Source: Naegleria gruberi | Taxonomy: Eukaryota | Length of the DNA: 24,047 nucleotides | NCBI GenBank assembly: GCA_000004985.1 | Contig: GG738951.1 | Strand: one strand, 5' to 3' | Shown here: in pieces, positions 18,095 to 24,047 of the stretch | Layout: every line of letters begins with the position of its first letter | Position numbering within the stretch: position 1 is the first letter of the stretch | The notes under the pieces: generated by a model | Told to the model about the DNA's origin: nothing | The model's input: only the letters and a program-made list of their open reading frames with translations | Database searches by the model: none | Program-made: the position numbers and the translations under genes

Positions 18095-18148
18095 ATTAAA
18101 AATATTAAAATTATTAAAAATATTAAAATTATTAAAAATATTATAAAT
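18095..18148. repeat. 18-bp AT-only tandem repeat (about 3 units) inside the GSK-3 intron
   Basis: ATTAAAAATATTAAAATT occurs at 18095-18112 and 18113-18130, with a diverged third unit at 18131-18148. It lies within the 144-nt intron 18017-18160. Confidence 0.75.
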
Positions 18149-18160
18149 ATAAAAACTTAC

Positions 18161-18787
18161 TCTATCACCTCTTGAATAAAAATAATTTTTCAATTCAACA
18201 ACATTTGGATGTGATAATGTTTTCATTACTTGTAATTCTCTATTTTTAAATCTCTTATCTTGAAGTACTTTCTTAATAGCTACTATATCTCCTGTTTCTT
18301 GTACTTTAGCTAGAAATACAACACCAAAACTACCATTACCAATCACTTTAACAGCACTATAAGAAACTACTTTGCCTTGTCGTGTTGGTGGTGATGTTGT
18401 TGAGGTTGCTGCTGCTGTAGTAGTAGTAGTAGTAGTAGATGAATTATTATTTGGTTGTTGTTGTTGTTGAATAGATGAATTGACTAGGCTAGTGGAAGGT
18501 TGTTGTTTTGAATTGATGGATTTGGTTTTTCTAGTTGGTGATTCATTTCCAGGTTGATTAGTTATATTATTTGTATTATTAGTGGTTGTAGTAGTACTTG
18601 TTGTTGTAGATTTTGATGAAGATTGATAATTATTATAGGATCTATTGGTTTTATCATTATTTCCAATTTGAAGATAATTAAAATTATTAATTAAATTATC
18701 CATATTATTATTGTTAGTAGTATTTGTATTGGAATTTGAATTGTTATTATTATTATTATTATTAATGAAGGAATTATTATTGTACAT
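18161..18787 (-). CDS. GSK-3 family protein kinase, exon 1 (low-complexity N-terminus plus kinase subdomains I-IV)
   Basis: The ATG is at 18787. About 150 aa of Asn/Thr/Gln/Ser-rich low complexity come first. Then follows [70 protein letters not shown], with a GTAAGT donor at 18160 in phase 0. The exon is 627 nt, or 209 codons. Confidence 0.85.
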
Positions 18788-19546
18788 TGTTGATATAATA
18801 CAATAATAATATTGCTGAACACAGCGCTGTTAGAATGTTTTGATTCACAATGAATGACACACCTAGAAAGAGAGAGTGTGTGTGCTGTTTCTAATATATA
18901 TATATTGATTATATATTCAATGAAAGAGAGAGAGGTTATTGTTGTTGAGATGTTTTTTCGCAGTTATTATTAATTGAAGAATCGTAATTTTTTTCTTCTA
19001 ATTAAAAAAATAATGAAAACGTCATCACCCACATGCACAATGAATGAAATATTGAAAATAATATGAAATTTATTATCTCTTTTATGATTGACTTGCCAAT
19101 TGAAATAATATGTCTCTAATGACTCAATCTCTATTATACCTCTTTACAATATATGTAATTATTATACATTGAAAAGTAAATAGTATAACGTATTATTATA
19201 TGTGTACTATTAAAGTGAGGACAAATTGAAATTATCATCATGAATGAGGGAGGGTTGTAAATTTGTAACTACATTCTCAACCAATAAACACCTGTAGTGA
19301 TTCTTTTATAAACAACTATTTAGGAGCATAATACACATTCCTTTTATGTACATTAAATGATCAATTATATTACAAGTTCATTAAGAACTGTTTGGCGCCA
19401 AATATTTTACAGTAATAATTTCCATTTTACTCACTATTGTCAATTTGATTTCAACAATATTAGCCAACATAATCAATGTACTACTATAATATTCAACAAT
19501 ATATTCAATATATATAATTATTATAATTATTATTATTATTAATAAA

Positions 19547-21289
19547 TTATTCCAATTCTTTAAATTTTAATTTAAAATGATATGGCATATATTTAAATGG
19601 AGGTAAATCTTGACAATCTTTTTGATAACTATTCATTCCTATTATATTTTTACAATATAAATAAAAACTAAAATTATCAGAGTGAGCAGCTAAAAAATGT
19701 AATGGATTTCTTAATTGATTATTTGATATTTTACCAAGTTGAGGAGATTTCATTAATATTTTATCAAATAAAACATGACATGGTTGATTTTGTCTATATA
19801 TAGTTAATATAGTATCACCATTTTCATTTTGATATAATAAATCTTTTTCATTAGCATATTCTAATATAATAGATGAAATTGGTAATAATTTAGGAAGGTT
19901 AATAAATGATAAAAATGGTATTGTAATAATAGGTTGATTAAATGTTAATGGAGTTATACATTTAATTGGTTCAAATATTTCTGAATATTTAATTTCTTCA
20001 TTTTCAAAACAATTTCTTAAATAATTTACAATTTCTAATATTGAACCATTTAATTCTACTACTGTTGTACTCATCATTACATGTGATATTATACAATTTG
20101 TTAATAATTTAAAGAATTTTTTATCATTATTATTATTAATATTATATTCAGTATTATTATTATTATTATTATTATCATTATATTCAGTATTATTAATATT
20201 AATATTAATAATATTATTATATTTAAATCTCAATAATGGAATTATTAATTTAGAACAATTTGAACTTGAATAGGGTAATATTTCATCATACATTTCATTT
20301 ATATTCCATCCATATTTAATAGCTAAATCAATTTTATAAAAATCTAATGTTGAATATTCAATTCTTCCATTTTGATATTCATTTACTATATATATACAAT
20401 ATAAAAGTATTGATGTATCTCTAAAATATAAATCACATGGAGTTGCTTCAATTGGAAATTTTTCATTAATAAAAAGTAGATCCATAATTATTTTACGATC
20501 AAATAATTCTTCATGTGTAAATATAAATTTAAAATATACTTTAATATTAATTTTTTGCATTTTAATTATTGATTTAACAATTAATTCATTTGTTAAATAT
20601 GGAGGACTATTAATTGATATTTTTATCATTTCATTTGATAACATGTTATTATTATTATTATTATTTAAAATATTATTATTATTTAAAGTATTATTATTAT
20701 TGTTATTATTAATATTATTTAAAGTATTATTATTTAAAGTATTATTATTAATATAATTATTAATATAATCATTAATATTATTATTAATATTATTAGAAGG
20801 TATTAAATTTATTATATTATTTCCATTATAAAATAATGATAATGGTTTTAATAATAAATCATAATCAATTTCTTCAATAATTTCATTAATTGTTTCTTCT
20901 TCTTGTTCTAAACAAGATATATTTAATTCTTTTAAATTTGGAAATACATTTGAAATATCTTGAATTAAATCTATACCAAATTCATCAAATTGTTTTGGTA
21001 AAATAATTTCAAATATTTCTAATTTTTCATGTTTCATAATATTATTACATTCATATAGAATATTATCATCCAATCCATAATATTGTAATTTATTTAATTC
21101 AACACAACATTCTAATATAAAAGGTAATAATTCATCATTATTATAATATAATATTGAAATTGATTTTAAAAATGTATTCTTTCCAATTGAATCAAATGAT
21201 TTGGCCAATGTTGTAGCATGTTTTTCATTATCATGAGTAAATAATGATGATAATTGTAATGGTATAATACTATTATAAATATCAAACAT
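19547..21289 (-). CDS. Hypothetical 580-aa ORF with an LRR-like middle and ankyrin-like C-terminus; probably the 3' part of the same gene as 21301-22083
   Basis: It is a long ORF with Asn-rich inserts. It contains FPNLKELNISC-type LRR-like segments and C-terminal ankyrin-like signatures (NENGDTILTIY..., LRNPLHFLAAHSDN). Its ATG lies only 11 nt after the stop of the upstream same-strand ORF, which leaves no room for a promoter. Confidence 0.7.
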   Translation of the reverse strand: MFDIYNSIIPLQLSSLFTHDNEKHATTLAKSFDSIGKNTFLKSISILYYNNDELLPFILECCVELNKLQYYGLDDNILYECNNIMKHEKLEIFEIILPKQFDEFGIDLIQDISNVFPNLKELNISCLEQEEETINEIIEEIDYDLLLKPLSLFYNGNNIINLIPSNNINNNINDYINNYINNNTLNNNTLNNINNNNNNNTLNNNNILNNNNNNNMLSNEMIKISINSPPYLTNELIVKSIIKMQKINIKVYFKFIFTHEELFDRKIIMDLLFINEKFPIEATPCDLYFRDTSILLYCIYIVNEYQNGRIEYSTLDFYKIDLAIKYGWNINEMYDEILPYSSSNCSKLIIPLLRFKYNNIINININNTEYNDNNNNNNNTEYNINNNNDKKFFKLLTNCIISHVMMSTTVVELNGSILEIVNYLRNCFENEEIKYSEIFEPIKCITPLTFNQPIITIPFLSFINLPKLLPISSIILEYANEKDLLYQNENGDTILTIYRQNQPCHVLFDKILMKSPQLGKISNNQLRNPLHFLAAHSDNFSFYLYCKNIIGMNSYQKDCQDLPPFKYMPYHFKLKFKELE

Positions 21290-21300
21290 GTCATGTAAAT

Positions 21301-22083
21301 TTAAATTTGAATTTGATCACTTGTTCTTTCCATTTTGTTGTTGTTGTTGGTTATTTGATTTAAATAAATGGATGTTATAATTTCATTTTTATGGAAATAC
21401 ATTAAAATATTAGAAATTTCATTTCCATCATGAAAATATTGTTGATCTTTTATAAATGATAAAAATGAAATAAAAGGTGAAGTGATATCAAAATTATATT
21501 GATGAATATAAATTAATATTGATGTTAAATCTAAATGTTCAATATTAAATATTTTAAATTTCATTCTCAATGCATATTCTCTATTAATTAATCTCATTTT
21601 GTGAAATGTTACAATATTATTATCAATTATCATTCTACAATCAAATGTTCTTCTTTGTTGTAATATATATGGATTTAATGAATCTGGTAATTCTTTAATA
21701 ATTTCTTCAACATTTTTATCAGCAATTCGTGCATTTCTCTTTAATATTTCATAATTTGTAATAAAACATGTTCTTTCCGAATAGGTTGGAATAAAATCAA
21801 TAATTTCATATATTAATTCTATTGGTAAATTATTCTTTAATAATTCTATTAAATTAGAATCTAAATATAATGATGATGATGATAATGATAATATTTCAAT
21901 AGAACGTCTTTCTTGATCTTGTTTTATCCAATCTTTTATTTCATCATCATCATTCAATGGCAAAGTGGGATTATTAAAGGCTCTTTTAAAATCTTCCATC
22001 TTTTGTATTTTCTTCATTTCCCATTTTGAAATGGTATCAATATTTGCATCATTATGAATATATTCCTTTCTCTTTAGAGTCAT
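21301..22083 (-). CDS. F-box-like protein ORF, 260 aa (probable 5' part of a larger gene)
   Basis: The ATG at 22083 is preceded by AATAATAAAA. An F-box-like segment, NLPIELIYEIIDFIPTYSERTCFITNYEIL, is present. The 5' flank is cut off by the gap 59 nt upstream. Confidence 0.7.
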   Translation of the reverse strand: MTLKRKEYIHNDANIDTISKWEMKKIQKMEDFKRAFNNPTLPLNDDDEIKDWIKQDQERRSIEILSLSSSSLYLDSNLIELLKNNLPIELIYEIIDFIPTYSERTCFITNYEILKRNARIADKNVEEIIKELPDSLNPYILQQRRTFDCRMIIDNNIVTFHKMRLINREYALRMKFKIFNIEHLDLTSILIYIHQYNFDITSPFISFLSFIKDQQYFHDGNEISNILMYFHKNEIITSIYLNQITNNNNKMERTSDQIQI

Positions 22084-22142
22084 TTTTATTATTGTGAAAA
22101 TTGTTAAATGTCATTAATTATTATCATGTAATTAGTACTTCG

Positions 22143-22591
22143 NNNNNNNNNNNNNNNNNNNNNNNNNNNNNNNNNNNNNNNNNNNNNNNNNNNNNNNNNN
22201 NNNNNNNNNNNNNNNNNNNNNNNNNNNNNNNNNNNNNNNNNNNNNNNNNNNNNNNNNNNNNNNNNNNNNNNNNNNNNNNNNNNNNNNNNNNNNNNNNNNN
22301 NNNNNNNNNNNNNNNNNNNNNNNNNNNNNNNNNNNNNNNNNNNNNNNNNNNNNNNNNNNNNNNNNNNNNNNNNNNNNNNNNNNNNNNNNNNNNNNNNNNN
22401 NNNNNNNNNNNNNNNNNNNNNNNNNNNNNNNNNNNNNNNNNNNNNNNNNNNNNNNNNNNNNNNNNNNNNNNNNNNNNNNNNNNNNNNNNNNNNNNNNNNN
22501 NNNNNNNNNNNNNNNNNNNNNNNNNNNNNNNNNNNNNNNNNNNNNNNNNNNNNNNNNNNNNNNNNNNNNNNNNNNNNNNNNNNNNNNNNNN
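22143..22591. other. Assembly gap (run of N)
   Basis: Uninterrupted n characters from 22143 to 22591. Confidence 1.
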
Positions 22592-22593
22592 AT

Positions 22594-23892
22594 GTAGATT
22601 TGACTAATCCATATATTCTTCCTCCTCCTATTTATTCTCAAATGGCATTTCCTGTTAACAAATCTGAAACTAGCCTATTTCAACAACCTATGAACAATTC
22701 TCAACAACAACTATTTGATACCACCAACATTACTACTGCTACTCCTAATGCACCTAATACTCCTACTATTACCAATGTTCATGAATCATCAAGTAAGAAG
22801 AGGAAGGCTAAATCCAAAGCCTATGAAATTGTCGATTCTACTACCATCACTGCTACTACTCCCAAATCAAAAAAGAGAAAGACAAAAGCTTCAAATGATT
22901 CAATTCCAAACACTTCATCATCTTCTCCAAACGATTCAGCAAGCCTTGGAAATAGTTCAACTATCACTACTACTACTGCTACTCAATCACCTAAAAGGAG
23001 TAGAAAATTAAATTTAGGACTTCAAAGTAATGATTTTAAAACATTAATAGAATTCAATAGATTTCTTTCAGAATTGAATGAACAAGAAGATATGAAACAA
23101 TCAATTGAAGCAATACTTCCAAGATTTAAATTTGATTTTTTAAAGGCTTTAATTGTTTCATGTAGGAAAATTACACCTAAATATTTAACTAATTATAGAT
23201 CTCATCAAACAAAGTATCAAACATTACTTCAAATTATTTCTGTAAAATCTGAAACTTTAAATTTAATTAAATTAATAACAAATGAAAATGATAATAACAT
23301 TTGTAATAATAATAATAATACTATTAAATCAGTTGTAAATAATTTTGAAATGGATAATTATAATGATATTGTTAACAATACAAAACAAACTACTAATGAT
23401 GTTCCAACAATTAGTCAATCAAATGAAGGAATAGTATTAGATTGGCATTCTTATTGTGATATTACATTAGATTTAATTCAATCAACATATCTTCCATTTT
23501 CCACTACTACAACTAATAATATCCTTAATAATACTAATGAATTTAATACTGTTAATAATAATAATATTGAAATTAATAATACTAATACTAATAATAATAA
23601 TAATAATAATACTAATACAGTTAATAATAATGTAATTGATGATTCATTTAGTTTTTCAGATTTTCTTGATTGTTCTTCTGAAATTGTTCCATCCAATGAA
23701 AGAAACAATGAAGAATTAATTAATGATTTAATGAAACAATTAAATGAAAAGAATCAACAAATTGAACAATTAAATAGAATGTTTCAATTACAAGAAACTT
23801 ATAATCAAAATCTTTTAAATTTAATTCAAACATTTAAAAATAATTTATATGAATTTGATCAAATTAATAATAATAATAATAATTTTATTTAA
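22594..23892 (+). CDS. Hypothetical Ser/Thr/Asn-rich protein with basic clusters and a coiled-coil-like C-terminus; the 5' end is uncertain
   Basis: The frame is open from the gap edge (VDLTNPYILPPP...). The track start at 22600 is TTG, and the first ATG in frame is 22642. Three basic clusters are present (SSKKRKAKSK, KSKKRKTKAS, SPKRSRKL). The C-terminal heptad-like segment is ELINDLMKQLNEKNQQIEQLNRMFQLQETYNQNLLNLIQTF. No family was recognised. Confidence 0.7.
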   Translation, partial: VDLTNPYILPPPIYSQMAFPVNKSETSLFQQPMNNSQQQLFDTTNITTATPNAPNTPTITNVHESSSKKRKAKSKAYEIVDSTTITATTPKSKKRKTKASNDSIPNTSSSSPNDSASLGNSSTITTTTATQSPKRSRKLNLGLQSNDFKTLIEFNRFLSELNEQEDMKQSIEAILPRFKFDFLKALIVSCRKITPKYLTNYRSHQTKYQTLLQIISVKSETLNLIKLITNENDNNICNNNNNTIKSVVNNFEMDNYNDIVNNTKQTTNDVPTISQSNEGIVLDWHSYCDITLDLIQSTYLPFSTTTTNNILNNTNEFNTVNNNNIEINNTNTNNNNNNNTNTVNNNVIDDSFSFSDFLDCSSEIVPSNERNNEELINDLMKQLNEKNQQIEQLNRMFQLQETYNQNLLNLIQTFKNNLYEFDQINNNNNNFI

Positions 23893-23971
23893 TTATTATT
23901 ATTTTAATTAATTTTAATATATGTTACAATTACAATTACAATTATTATTACAATTAAAAATATTAAAAATA

Positions 23972-24047
23972 TTAAAATCTCTCATCAATTAAATCAATAA
24001 ATTCATCACATTTAATAACATTAATAATATTTTCATTATTTAAATCT
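23972..24047 (-). CDS. Possible 3' end of a minus-strand gene continuing beyond the window
   Basis: The minus frame is open from the window edge for 24 codons (DLNNENIINVIKCDEFIDLIDERF) and ends at TAA (23974-23972). This is a short stretch, so the evidence is weak. Confidence 0.25.
   Translation of the reverse strand, partial: DLNNENIINVIKCDEFIDLIDERF

Noticed and set aside
19357-19542. 61-aa plus-strand ORF in the intergenic region
   Set aside because: Its C-terminal half is Asn/Tyr/Ile low complexity produced by AT-rich 3'-flank sequence. It has no A-run start context or domain features, and it sits in the 3' flank of the 19547-21289 gene.
21289-21320. Programmed -1 ribosomal frameshift joining the F-box-like ORF to the 580-codon ORF
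   Set aside because: The frame relationship is -1 (+2), but in the upstream frame the overlap reads GAT CAA ATT CAA ATT TAA. That gives no X-XXY-YYZ heptamer in phase, and I see no obvious downstream stem-loop in the very AT-rich sequence. An indel, whether assembly error or mutation, is the simpler explanation.
1-24047. Interpretation as a prokaryotic or phage locus (operons, defence system, CRISPR), as the task framing might suggest
   Set aside because: The window shows spliceosomal introns with GTAAGT/GTATGT donors and AG acceptors that restore frame in the EML and GSK-3 genes. It also has Asn/Gln/Thr homopolymer tracts, A-runs before ATGs, AATAAA after stops, and eukaryote-specific genes (EDEM, EML, GSK-3, F-box, ankyrin). 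No Shine-Dalgarno-type spacing, operon packing or repeat-spacer array is present.

Overview
This is AT-rich eukaryotic nuclear DNA of dictyostelid (social amoeba) type, not a prokaryotic locus. The evidence is Asn/Gln/Thr homopolymer tracts inside ORFs, A-runs immediately before ATG codons, GTAAGT...AG introns, and typically eukaryotic genes (EDEM-type GH47, EMAP-like WD40 protein, GSK-3 kinase). Two runs of N (907-2220 and 22143-22591) are assembly gaps. They truncate three genes and remove the 5' flank of a fourth. The supplied ORF track uses bacterial start codons (TTG/GTG), so several of its starts are not real.

Gene content from left to right:
- GH47/EDEM-like fragment (+)
- EMAP-like WD40 protein, 2 exons (-)
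- an unassigned 505-codon ORF (+), followed by about 900 bp of frame-broken coding-like sequence
- ankyrin-repeat protein (+)
- F-box-like/LRR protein (-), with an in-frame LRR-like remnant downstream
- a 3.2-kb less AT-rich segment holding a C2H2 zinc-finger ORF (+) and poorly resolved minus-strand exons
- a 993-codon ORF joining an alpha/beta-hydrolase-like module to a soluble FAD fumarate reductase (-)
- GSK-3 family kinase, 2 exons (-)
- an F-box-like ORF and a 580-codon LRR/ankyrin-like ORF only 11 nt apart (-)
- an Asn/Thr-rich orphan with basic clusters and a coiled-coil-like tail (+)

I found no tRNA, rRNA or CRISPR array, no recognisable transposase or reverse transcriptase, and no multi-gene system in the prokaryotic sense.

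The items most worth a second look are:
1. the hydrolase-like/fumarate reductase fusion, whose hydrolase nucleophile is substituted
2. two segments (about 4440-7540 and 10690-13870) that look compositionally and structurally unlike their neighbours
3. a two-module direct repeat bracketing the first segment
4. an 8 x 11-bp phased repeat
5. two cases of same-strand ORFs that look like one interrupted gene

All functional calls rest on motif recognition by eye. No database search was possible.
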